Shown here one piece after another: positions 56,346 to 64,000 of a DNA stretch of 64,000 bases. Origin of the DNA: Candidatus Woesearchaeota archaeon (GTDB lineage: Archaea > Nanobdellota > Nanobdellia > Woesearchaeales > SKIA01); the NCBI GenBank assembly GCA_046704725.1, contig JBJKRI010000006.1:96001-160000 (forward strand). The letters run 5' to 3'. Under the pieces are notes generated by a model, which worked only from the letters and a program-made list of their open reading frames with translations, was not told the DNA's origin and made no database searches. Each line of letters starts with the position of its first letter. Position 1 is the stretch's first letter. Position numbers and translations under genes: made by a program.

Positions 56346-56726
56346 ATGCTTTCTCGCACGACACAACGGACACTAATCGTCTTCGCAGCGCTCATCGCAA
56401 CCACATTCGTCATCGCAGCCGCCGGAGCGCAGCTTTCCGCGCAGCACGCGAAGAGCGGCTGCGAATTGACAGGGCCGATCAGTTGCTCAGGCGTGACTGC
56501 CACGAGCGACGGCGTCACCCTGCACCTTGATGCGAAGCAGCAGGTGAGCGCGGTGCGCGTCCAGCTCAGCGGCGGCTGCACCACGCCTGCGAACAGCGTC
56601 TTCCTCAAGAGCGCGAGCGGCGCTTTTGATGCGCACTTCGCGTGCACGAGCGACGCAAGCCACGCCGACATCACCGTCCTGTACGGCACGACGCGGCAGG
56701 TTGAAAGCGGAAGCTACATACAGTAA
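56346..56726 (+). CDS. Small secreted protein
   Basis: N-terminal hydrophobic helix; four Cys; beta-rich. Confidence 0.65.
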   Translation: MLSRTTQRTLIVFAALIATTFVIAAAGAQLSAQHAKSGCELTGPISCSGVTATSDGVTLHLDAKQQVSAVRVQLSGGCTTPANSVFLKSASGAFDAHFACTSDASHADITVLYGTTRQVESGSYIQ

Positions 56727-56775
56727 CCCTCCTGCAGAAGTAACATTTTTTAAGCATCTTGGAGTCCGGCCATAG

Positions 56776-57582
56776 ATGAGTGAGATCCTGTCCACAGAGC
56801 AAGCGCTCAAGCAAATAGTCGAGCGGTACCCTCGCCATATGACAGCACATTCGCTGAGCATGGGGATTGGCGGAGGCGTCGTAGTCAGCTACGTGATCCA
56901 GACCATGCCAGAAACCATACAGCGGCTCTCCCAAATCCCTCACATTCCGTCAGAAGATTTTATCCTGTTGCCAGTCTTAGCGCTCGGCACATACTGGAGC
57001 GTGCGCATGTTCAGATACCTGCCCGCGGGGATATCCTATCTCGTCGACGCAGTAGCTGGCCTATATTCACCGACAGAAGAAGGGGACGTCTATATGATAG
57101 GAGGATCGAAAGATATCGTGGATGTCATGAAGGGAACGTTCAATCCATCGGGCATCACATTCACGAACCGCCCTGTGCTTGGCGACCGAATACTCGGCAA
57201 GAGGCTCCGCCCATTCGAGCGGTTCTCCGATATCGACGAGAAAGGATACTGGTTTTCTAACGAACTCACAGTGACTGACCGCGTAGAATCCGTTCCAGAC
57301 CCCGATCAGCTCAGATGGAGACGAAAGAGGAAATACGTCGCATTGCGCCTCGGTCAGGAAGAGCGACAAGTTCATGTAACATACAGGGCTAGAAACTGTT
57401 GGAACGCGGTGCGCAAAGGGCAGCACGTGCTGGCATTCTTAAGGAACGATCGCAAGGGCTTGCATCTTTATGAGATGGGCCTCCCGGAGGTCTACTTTCC
57501 AAATAGGAGACACCCCGTCATCGTGCTCGATGCGGAGACCCCTACAGAGGTTCCACGTCTCGCCGCACAGAAAGCGACCTGA
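56776..57582 (+). CDS. Hypothetical membrane protein
   Basis: Two hydrophobic segments; TTTTTAAG upstream; somewhat lower GC. Confidence 0.6.
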   Translation: MSEILSTEQALKQIVERYPRHMTAHSLSMGIGGGVVVSYVIQTMPETIQRLSQIPHIPSEDFILLPVLALGTYWSVRMFRYLPAGISYLVDAVAGLYSPTEEGDVYMIGGSKDIVDVMKGTFNPSGITFTNRPVLGDRILGKRLRPFERFSDIDEKGYWFSNELTVTDRVESVPDPDQLRWRRKRKYVALRLGQEERQVHVTYRARNCWNAVRKGQHVLAFLRNDRKGLHLYEMGLPEVYFPNRRHPVIVLDAETPTEVPRLAAQKAT

Positions 57583-57583
57583 G

Positions 57584-57631
57584 CCACTGGACAAACCCAG
57601 AAAGCTCTTATAAGCGATGTCTGTCCAGTGG
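57584..57631. promoter_or_regulatory. Inverted ORB-like repeats flanking the cdc6 TATA box
   Basis: CCACTGGACA (57584-57593) and TGTCCAGTGG (57622-57631) form a perfect 10-bp inverted pair around CTTATAAG. Confidence 0.6.
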
Positions 57632-57637
57632 ACCCCT

Positions 57638-58705
57638 ATGGGATTGTTCAAGGACGTGCTGGACCAATCGAAATCCGTGTTCAAGGACGAGCACGCCCTC
57701 GACTACGAGTTCCTGCCGGGCGTGCTGCCCTACCGCGAGGACGAGCAACAGCACCTGGCGACCTGCATCAAGCCACTGTTCAACGACCGCTCCGGGAGGA
57801 ACCTGCTCATCCACGGGCCGCCCGGCACGGGGAAGACCGCGGCCGCGCGCTACGTGCTGCGCGAGCTCGAGCAAGAGACCGACCGCATCACACCCATCTT
57901 CGTGAACTGCTGGAAGTATAATACGACGTTCAAGGTCCTCGCCGAGATCTGCGACCAGATCGGCTACGCCTTCACGCACAACAAGAAGACGGACGAGCTC
58001 ATGCGCATCGTCGCGCACAACCTGAACAAGACGCGGAGCGTCCTGGTGTTCGACGAGATCGACAAGGCAGAGGACACGGACTTCCTCTACTTTCTCATCG
58101 AAGGGATCGAGCGAAAAGCCATCTTCTTGGTCACGAACTACAAGGAATGGCTCGTCGAGCTCGACGAGCGCGTCAAGAGCCGCTTGACGGCGGAGCTCCT
58201 GGAGTTCCCCTCCTACAACGAGAAAGAAGTGGCGGGCATCCTCGGACGCCGCCTGGAGTACGCCTTCCGCGAAGGCGTCTTCGAGGACGATGCGCTCGCG
58301 CTCGTGGCGAGGCGCACGGCCGCCGCCGGCGACATCCGTGTCGGATTGTACCTGCTCAAGGAGGCAGGCATGCTCGCAGAGGAGAAGTTCGCCGAGCACA
58401 TCACGGCGAAGCACGTGGAGGGCGCGATCGCCAAGCTCGACGAATTCACGATAAAATCGCCGAAGGAGCTGGACCCTGAAGCGAAGCTCGTGCTCGAGCT
58501 GTGCAGGAAAAGCCCGGGATCGCGTATCGGCGACGTGTTCACCAAGTACGAAGCGGCCGGCGGAAAAGGCGTGTACAAGACCTTCCAGCGCAAGGTCCGC
58601 TACCTCGCCGAGAACAAGTTCATCACGCAAGAACGCATCACGGGCGGGCCCGAGGGCACGACGACGATCATCCGCCCCGCGAACCAGTCATTGACGGAGT
58701 TCTGA
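57638..58705 (+). CDS. cdc6: Cdc6/Orc1 replication initiator
   Basis: LDYEFLP..LPYRE, GPPGTGKT, VNCW, VFDEID, GDIR, C-terminal wHTH. Confidence 0.95.
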   Translation: MGLFKDVLDQSKSVFKDEHALDYEFLPGVLPYREDEQQHLATCIKPLFNDRSGRNLLIHGPPGTGKTAAARYVLRELEQETDRITPIFVNCWKYNTTFKVLAEICDQIGYAFTHNKKTDELMRIVAHNLNKTRSVLVFDEIDKAEDTDFLYFLIEGIERKAIFLVTNYKEWLVELDERVKSRLTAELLEFPSYNEKEVAGILGRRLEYAFREGVFEDDALALVARRTAAAGDIRVGLYLLKEAGMLAEEKFAEHITAKHVEGAIAKLDEFTIKSPKELDPEAKLVLELCRKSPGSRIGDVFTKYEAAGGKGVYKTFQRKVRYLAENKFITQERITGGPEGTTTIIRPANQSLTEF

Positions 58706-58760
58706 AGATTCTGGTTCGCATAGGGAAACACAGATAAAGAATACTGTAGTATACCTTGGT

Positions 58761-59018
58761 ATGCCGACCACCATCAAGCTTCGCCAGGAGACGAAACGGC
58801 GGCTCGACACCTTCAGGGAGCACCCGCAGGAAAGCTACGACGTCATCCTCAACAAGCTCGCGGCCATCGCGGAAAACGCTGTGGAGGAACCAGAACTCTC
58901 CACCGAGACGATGCAGGCCATCCGGGAAGCGAGACGGAGGATGCAAGAAGGACGCTACGTGAGCGAAACCGAACTCCGCAAGAGGTTCGGCATTGATCCA
59001 CGAACTACACGTCGATGA
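58761..59018 (+). CDS. Antitoxin
   Basis: MPTTIKLRQETKRRLD...ESYDVIL...AIREARRRMQEGRYVSE. Confidence 0.8.
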   Translation: MPTTIKLRQETKRRLDTFREHPQESYDVILNKLAAIAENAVEEPELSTETMQAIREARRRMQEGRYVSETELRKRFGIDPRTTRR

Positions 59019-59250
59019 GAAAGCCGTACGCACACTAGAAGAACTTCCGAAGAAGATACAAGAACGCATCCTGCGGAAGATCATCGACAGCCTGCGGAAT
59101 CCCGGACGAGCGTACCAACGCCTCGCAGGCTCGGAACTCCATAGGATGCGGGTCGGGGACTATCGCGTGCTCGCGGACATCGACGAGACGACGGTGAGAG
59201 TGCTGGTCATCGGCCACAGACGCAACATCTACGAACGAGAGGATTTATGA
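58993..59250 (+). CDS. relE: RelE/StbE toxin
   Basis: RMRVGDYRVL...IGHRRNIY. Confidence 0.9.
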   Translation: MIHELHVDEKAVRTLEELPKKIQERILRKIIDSLRNPGRAYQRLAGSELHRMRVGDYRVLADIDETTVRVLVIGHRRNIYEREDL

Positions 59251-59417
59251 ACAGGAACATCCCGGCAGGCGACATGCAACCCACTCCGGAAGAAGAGCCC
59301 GAAGAGAAACAACCCGAAGAGACGCAGGATTACGACGAGACGCCCGAGGAGGAACTGGCCGACGACGAGATCGACGAGGCCGAAGAAGGATTCGTGCGCG
59401 GCTACGGAGACGACTGA
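59247..59417 (+). CDS. Acidic microprotein with EELADDEIDEAEEGFVRGY motif
   Basis: Manual translation (56 aa, below the ORF track cutoff); ATGA overlap with relE. Confidence 0.7.
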   Translation: MNRNIPAGDMQPTPEEEPEEKQPEETQDYDETPEEELADDEIDEAEEGFVRGYGDD

Positions 59418-59502
59418 ATCGTAGCGGCCACCATGTAGTGAAGAAAACGCATAACCATTCCTTCAAGATTGCCCTTATTAGTAATAACTCCCTACCAAGC
59501 AC

Positions 59503-60132
59503 ATGCCTCTTCGGGACGAACGTCTGCAGGCGCAATATTCACGCATCCTCTTCACGGTCAAAGATGGGACCCCTGCCCAGAAGGCCGTCGAGCGAGCGGT
59601 CGGCCTGCCAAAGAGCGAGTTCCAGGAACTCTTGGGCACGCTCAAGCAAGCACGCCTGATCGTCCGCCCGCAGCCGGGACATATCGCCATCGGCTGGGAG
59701 CGGATGGCGGAATCATACGCCCAATGGATGGACAAGCTCGTCGAGGAGAGGCTGCAGTTCTGCGAAAGGCACGCGAAAGACATGTATTGCACGTACTACA
59801 AACCGCTGCAGAAATGGATCACGCTGCGCAAATTCGTCCTTGAGGACGAGGGTATGCGCGTCATTCTCCGACGGGCCTTCTCCAACGCCGGAGCGCTCGC
59901 CCAGAGCGAATATTTCACCGTGAACGACCTGTTCCGGCAGCTCGCGACAGAGATCGGGCAATACGAGCGCGTCGCGGAGATCGTCGGGGAGGACACCGTT
60001 CTGCGACGGCTCTCCCGACTGTGCACCATCGCGACCACAGAACCGCTCGCGCTCAGTCTCCTCAGCGATACGGAGGGGGAGAACATCCGGCTCCCGGCCC
60101 CAACGATCGAAACGCGAGCGACACGGGCGTGA
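59503..60132 (+). CDS. Hypothetical protein, possible N-terminal winged helix
   Basis: AVERAVGLPKSEFQELLGTLKQARLI. Confidence 0.6.
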   Translation: MPLRDERLQAQYSRILFTVKDGTPAQKAVERAVGLPKSEFQELLGTLKQARLIVRPQPGHIAIGWERMAESYAQWMDKLVEERLQFCERHAKDMYCTYYKPLQKWITLRKFVLEDEGMRVILRRAFSNAGALAQSEYFTVNDLFRQLATEIGQYERVAEIVGEDTVLRRLSRLCTIATTEPLALSLLSDTEGENIRLPAPTIETRATRA

Positions 60133-60279
60133 GCAATCAACGCGGACGCCTACGAGTGTCCGCAACCGATCCAGCAGGTGAAGAACAATCAATGCGAGGC
60201 ATCGAGAAAAAAGGGTGCGCGGAAAATGCCCCCGAAAGGACATCTCCGCGCGGGTCGCCGGGGGAAAAAGACAGTAGCG

Positions 60280-60510
60280 TTACGCTTCCAGGTATCCCTT
60301 GATGAAGCCCTCCTCCGTCGGGTCGATCCCTTCCGCCTCCAAAAGGGAATCCGTGTCGCTCATCGTGTCGAGATCGTCGAGCTCGACATGCTCCGGGAGT
60401 CCGGGAACCTTATGGACATCCCCTTCCAGGTCGTACGTGACCCAGAAGCCTTGCACAGACCAATCGTCCGACTCCAGTTGCAGCATTTGCATCGTTTGCA
60501 CCTCCGACAA
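60280..60510 (-). CDS. Acidic microprotein with EEGFIKGY motif
   Basis: C-terminus LLEAEGIDPTEEGFIKGYLEA; TTAATAA upstream. Confidence 0.6.
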   Translation of the reverse strand: MSEVQTMQMLQLESDDWSVQGFWVTYDLEGDVHKVPGLPEHVELDDLDTMSDTDSLLEAEGIDPTEEGFIKGYLEA

Positions 60511-60603
60511 GAGCGTGGGGACGCATCCTTATTAACGGCGTGAAGGCCTCCTCTACAACCTTGTTCCACAAGCCTTAAAACCGCATTTCGGGTTCGTCAC
60601 TCG

Positions 60604-61305
60604 ATGGAGTGGACGATAGCCCTGTTATTCGGGCCTCCTTGGTTCTACAAAGAGGCGCTCATCATCCAGGGCATCAGCGTCCTCGCCATCCTGCTCGTCG
60701 CGCTCGCGTCGCACAAATACCGCGCGCACAGCTCGCACCAAGGCAAGTTCGGCGTGCTCGAGCGGGCGCTGCTCATCGTCGCGGCCGCATTGTTCCTGCG
60801 CATCATCCTGGACGCGAGCATCTACTTCGAGCTCGCCGAGACCGTGCATCCAGGCTTCGCGACATTCCCCTCCATATTCTCGGACGAGGCGTTCCTCTTC
60901 ATCGGGGTCCTGCTGTACCGCCTGCTCATATTGCTCGGCTTCGGGACGCTCTACACGCTGTATGAGCCCCAGAAGAAGCGCAACCTGCTCCTCGGAGCTG
61001 CGTTCCTGGTGGTCGTGACGTTCGCGAGCATCGCGCACGTCTACTGGTTCCACATCGTCGCGCTGCTCCTGCTCGCCGCGACCGTGACCGCGCACTTCAA
61101 CAGAGTACGTAAAAGGAACACCGCACCAGCACGCTTCGTGCTCACCAGCTATCTCCTGCTCGCGCTTAGCCAAGTGCTCTTTATCTTCAAGACCCATGAG
61201 CTCTTCTATCTCTTGGGAATCGCGGTGCAGTTCGCCGGATTCGGCGGACTCGTGCTGACACTCTACGCCATACAACGCCATGGGAAAATACAGGTCACGC
61301 GCTGA
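60604..61305 (+). CDS. Polytopic (about 7 TM) membrane protein
   Basis: Seven hydrophobic segments; overlaps the downstream regulator. Confidence 0.75.
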   Translation: MEWTIALLFGPPWFYKEALIIQGISVLAILLVALASHKYRAHSSHQGKFGVLERALLIVAAALFLRIILDASIYFELAETVHPGFATFPSIFSDEAFLFIGVLLYRLLILLGFGTLYTLYEPQKKRNLLLGAAFLVVVTFASIAHVYWFHIVALLLLAATVTAHFNRVRKRNTAPARFVLTSYLLLALSQVLFIFKTHELFYLLGIAVQFAGFGGLVLTLYAIQRHGKIQVTR

Positions 61306-61552
61306 GATCGTCGCAGACATGCTGGCGACGATCCTGAACAAAGGGGGTTCGATAAAACCCACCCGTCTCATGTACGGGTCGAACCTCTCGCACGGACAGA
61401 TGAAAGGCTATCTCGCCGACCTCGAGGAGCGCGGCTTCGTCGAGGAGAAGAAGGAAGGACGGCAAAAACTCATCGCCATCACCGACGCGGGAGCGAAATA
61501 CCTGCAGATGATCCGCGAGGTGCAGGCCTTCGAAGAGAGCTTCGGCATCTGA
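61280..61552 (+). CDS. Archaeal winged-helix transcriptional regulator
   Basis: RSRAEIVADML...PTRLMYGSNLS...YLADLEERGF...ITDAGAKYL. Confidence 0.88.
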   Translation: MGKYRSRAEIVADMLATILNKGGSIKPTRLMYGSNLSHGQMKGYLADLEERGFVEEKKEGRQKLIAITDAGAKYLQMIREVQAFEESFGI

Positions 61553-61582
61553 ATTTATTAAGGACGCTTCCCCGAACAAAGC

Positions 61583-62485
61583 GTGGAAACAGGACGCACC
61601 ATCACCGAATGCCTGCGCACGCTCAACACGCACCGCACGCTCGTGATACCCTCGCTCGTCTATCTCATCGCGGCGTTCATCATCATCGGAGGATTCCTGC
61701 AGCTCTCCGGCGGACTCTCCATACTCCACAGCATACAGCAAGCGACGGACGCGTACACGAACACGCCCGCATTGCAGGCGAACTACAGCACGGTGAGCGA
61801 CTACGTGGGAAACACGATGAGCACGCAAACGATGGAGAAAATCTTCAGCCTGCGCACGCTCTGGTTGGCGCTCACGGCGTTCGCGCTGCTCGTGCTCGTG
61901 GGCGTCACGCAGGGCGCGGTGAGCTACTCCTCAGCGCACGACGCATTGCACGGGAAGCTCCGATGGAAGGATGCGCTGCGGCAGGCGGCAAAGCGTTTCG
62001 GCAGCTACTTCTCGTTCCGTCTCTCCCTGCTCGGGCTCGGGCTCGCCCCGCTCATCCTGGTCGCCGCGGTCCTGTTGGCATTCACCTTGTTGACGCAGAA
62101 CGTGTTGGGGATGGCGCTCATGGCCTTCCTCTTGCTTATCGGTTATCTGGCGTACCTGTTCTTCCTGCAACTGCGCTTCATCTTCGGCGGTCCCGGCGTG
62201 TTCTGGGGCGGGCACCGCGGCATTCCATCATTGAAGGCGAGCTATCGGTTAACGCGCAAGGACCTGCTCGGAGCGTTCATAGTGCTCGTCATCGTCGCCG
62301 TGGCCGCGTTCGTGCAAGGGCAGGTGCAAGGCTCGGCGCGCGGACTGTTCCTGTCGCTGCTGATGACCGCGCAACCGAGCGTCCTGCTCGGAGCTATCCT
62401 TGTCGTGATCCTCGTGCTCGTCGCAGCCGTGGACGCCTTCCAGTACCTCTTCTTGCTGGTCTCGTACAGGGACTTCCCCCGGTAG
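61583..62485 (+). CDS. Polytopic membrane protein
   Basis: Multiple TM segments; SLKASYRLT motif. Confidence 0.75.
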   Translation: METGRTITECLRTLNTHRTLVIPSLVYLIAAFIIIGGFLQLSGGLSILHSIQQATDAYTNTPALQANYSTVSDYVGNTMSTQTMEKIFSLRTLWLALTAFALLVLVGVTQGAVSYSSAHDALHGKLRWKDALRQAAKRFGSYFSFRLSLLGLGLAPLILVAAVLLAFTLLTQNVLGMALMAFLLLIGYLAYLFFLQLRFIFGGPGVFWGGHRGIPSLKASYRLTRKDLLGAFIVLVIVAVAAFVQGQVQGSARGLFLSLLMTAQPSVLLGAILVVILVLVAAVDAFQYLFLLVSYRDFPR

Positions 62486-62522
62486 AAGAACCTTTTTATA
62501 CCCCTCTTCCCAGGGCAAGAGC

Positions 62523-62909
62523 ATGCAAACGCCAGGAGGAGTGCGAGCGGTCTCCATCTTCTATTGGGCGCTGTGCGCTGCGTGCGCGCTCGGCGCAATC
62601 GCGCTCTTCCTCACACGGCAGAGCGACTCGCTGGTCGGAGCGGCGCTCGGACCGGCCCTGATGCAAGCCGGAGCGTTCGTCGCGGTGCTCCTGCTCGTCT
62701 TCGCTGTCCTTTACGGCGCGCTCGCTTGGGGCTTGTGGCGCGCGCGGACGTGGGCGCACAGCATCACACTGATACTCACCGCGGTGCTCGGGCTGTTCTC
62801 CCTGGTGGGAGTCTTGCTCAGCCTGTGGCTAGACGTCGTCGGAGTCATCGTGAACGGCGTCATCTTCTGGTACATGGCGCAGCCGCGCACGCGGAGGACG
62901 TTCGCATGA
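62523..62909 (+). CDS. 4-TM membrane protein (paralog 1)
   Basis: P.GV...AWGLWRARTWA. Confidence 0.7.
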   Translation: MQTPGGVRAVSIFYWALCAACALGAIALFLTRQSDSLVGAALGPALMQAGAFVAVLLLVFAVLYGALAWGLWRARTWAHSITLILTAVLGLFSLVGVLLSLWLDVVGVIVNGVIFWYMAQPRTRRTFA

Positions 62910-63280
62910 AACGACCACCCATGGGCGTGCGACTGGTCACGTTCCTCCTCTTCCTGGACGCGCTGATCGCGGCGATCATCGGCCTGGCCGGCATGTGGGT
63001 CGGCCACCCATTGTTCTTCGTGACGTATGGCACGATGCAGCAGGCCAACCTGCTCGGATTCCTCTTCCTCGGCGCAGCGGCACTAGAGATCGCCGTCGGC
63101 GTGGGCGTGTACCGCCTGCGTGAATGGGCGTGGACGAGCGCCATCGGGCTGTCCCTGTTGGGCATCCTCGTGTCATTGCTCTGGCTGCTCGCGAGCAGCG
63201 CGCTCGGCGGCATCGTGCTGATCGGGTCGCTGCTTGTGCTGTATTACCTGTCGAACGAGCGCAAGCGCTTCACAACATAG
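62906..63280 (+). CDS. 4-TM membrane protein (paralog 2)
   Basis: MKRPPMGV...GVGVYRLREWA; ATGA overlap; tandem paralog of the previous gene. Confidence 0.7.
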   Translation: MKRPPMGVRLVTFLLFLDALIAAIIGLAGMWVGHPLFFVTYGTMQQANLLGFLFLGAAALEIAVGVGVYRLREWAWTSAIGLSLLGILVSLLWLLASSALGGIVLIGSLLVLYYLSNERKRFTT

Positions 63281-63311
63281 GCTTTTTGTAGACAGGGCGC
63301 ATGGTCAAGTC

Positions 63312-64000
63312 ATGCAGCTCACACATCCCGATAAGATTCTTTTCCCGGAATCGGGCATCACGAAACGGGATGTCGCGGAATACTATGCGGGCGTCTCGCA
63401 CTCCATGCTCCCGTTTCTCGTGAAACGTCCCATCGCATTGCGGCGCTATCCGAAGGGCATCAGCGAGGAGGGGTTCTTCCAGAAGGAGGCGAGCGGCATC
63501 CCCGGCATCGGCACGGCAGCGGTACAGCACAGCGAAGGGGTGAAGAACTACGCCGTCCTCACGGGCGCGGAGGACCTCCAACGGTTGGTGGAGGAGGACG
63601 TCATCGAGCTGCACGCTTTCTTGAGCACCACCGCGCACCTGCACGTGCCTGACAGGATGGTCTTCGACCTGGACCCCTCGAAGATGGATGACTTCGGTTC
63701 AGTGCAGGACGGAGCGCGACGATTGAAGGAACTGCTCGAACGGCTCGGCGCGCACCCTCTCGTGAAGACGACGGGCGGCAAGGGACTGCACGTCATCGTC
63801 CCGCTGGTTCCCGAAGAGGACTTCGACGCGGTGCGTGAGTTTTCCAAAGCGCTCGCGAGGCGCATCCTCGAGCACGCACCCGAGCGCTTCACGCTCAAGT
63901 ACCGCAAGAACGCGCGCCATGGAAAAGTGCTGATCGACTGCTGGCGGAACGCGTTCGGACAGACCGCTGTCGCGCCGTACAGCGTTCGGGCTCGCCCGAG
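63312..64000 (+). CDS. LigD-type NHEJ primase-polymerase domain, partial
   Basis: Manual translation MQLTHPDKILFPESGITKRDVAEYY...RYPKG...FFQK...PDRMVFDLDP...KTTGGKGLHV...RNAFGQTAVAPYSVRARP; runs off the window end. Confidence 0.92.
   Translation, partial: MQLTHPDKILFPESGITKRDVAEYYAGVSHSMLPFLVKRPIALRRYPKGISEEGFFQKEASGIPGIGTAAVQHSEGVKNYAVLTGAEDLQRLVEEDVIELHAFLSTTAHLHVPDRMVFDLDPSKMDDFGSVQDGARRLKELLERLGAHPLVKTTGGKGLHVIVPLVPEEDFDAVREFSKALARRILEHAPERFTLKYRKNARHGKVLIDCWRNAFGQTAVAPYSVRARP

Noticed and set aside
58706-58760. Copy of the TA-array repeat before the cdc6-adjacent TA pair
   Set aside because: Only vague similarity; no CCGG stem or TCACAGGAC core.

Overview
GC-rich archaeal chromosome segment, most consistent with a DPANN lineage such as Woesearchaeota. 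This is inferred from an archaellin, Cdc6/Orc1, a PINA ATPase, PGF-pre-PGF surface proteins, TATA-box promoters just before start codons and many bacterial-type accessory genes. Housekeeping genes include a NOP2/RsmB methylase, a P-type ATPase, serS, tRNA-Ser(GCT), cdc6, cyclophilin, msrA, Hsp20, a UvrD helicase and a LigD polymerase. They are interleaved with large secreted or surface proteins, an AT-richer nuclease/subtilase defence-like island (about 7.3-11.7 kb) and several toxin-antitoxin modules. Two candidate novel systems stand out. (1) A four-gene, translationally coupled operon (39891-42683) appears to encode archaellins split into separate N-half and C-half polypeptides, with one C-half carrying an FN3 adhesin. 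(2) An array of unrelated TA modules (12949-15355) is separated by a conserved 52-bp hairpin repeat starting just after each upstream stop codon, like an integron cassette array but without attC consensus. Also notable are a catalytically dead tyrosine recombinase, bacterial cfa and fabH in an archaeon, ORB-like inverted repeats at the cdc6 promoter and three dispersed acidic microproteins sharing a C-terminal motif. All family assignments come from motif recognition by eye; no database searches were run.
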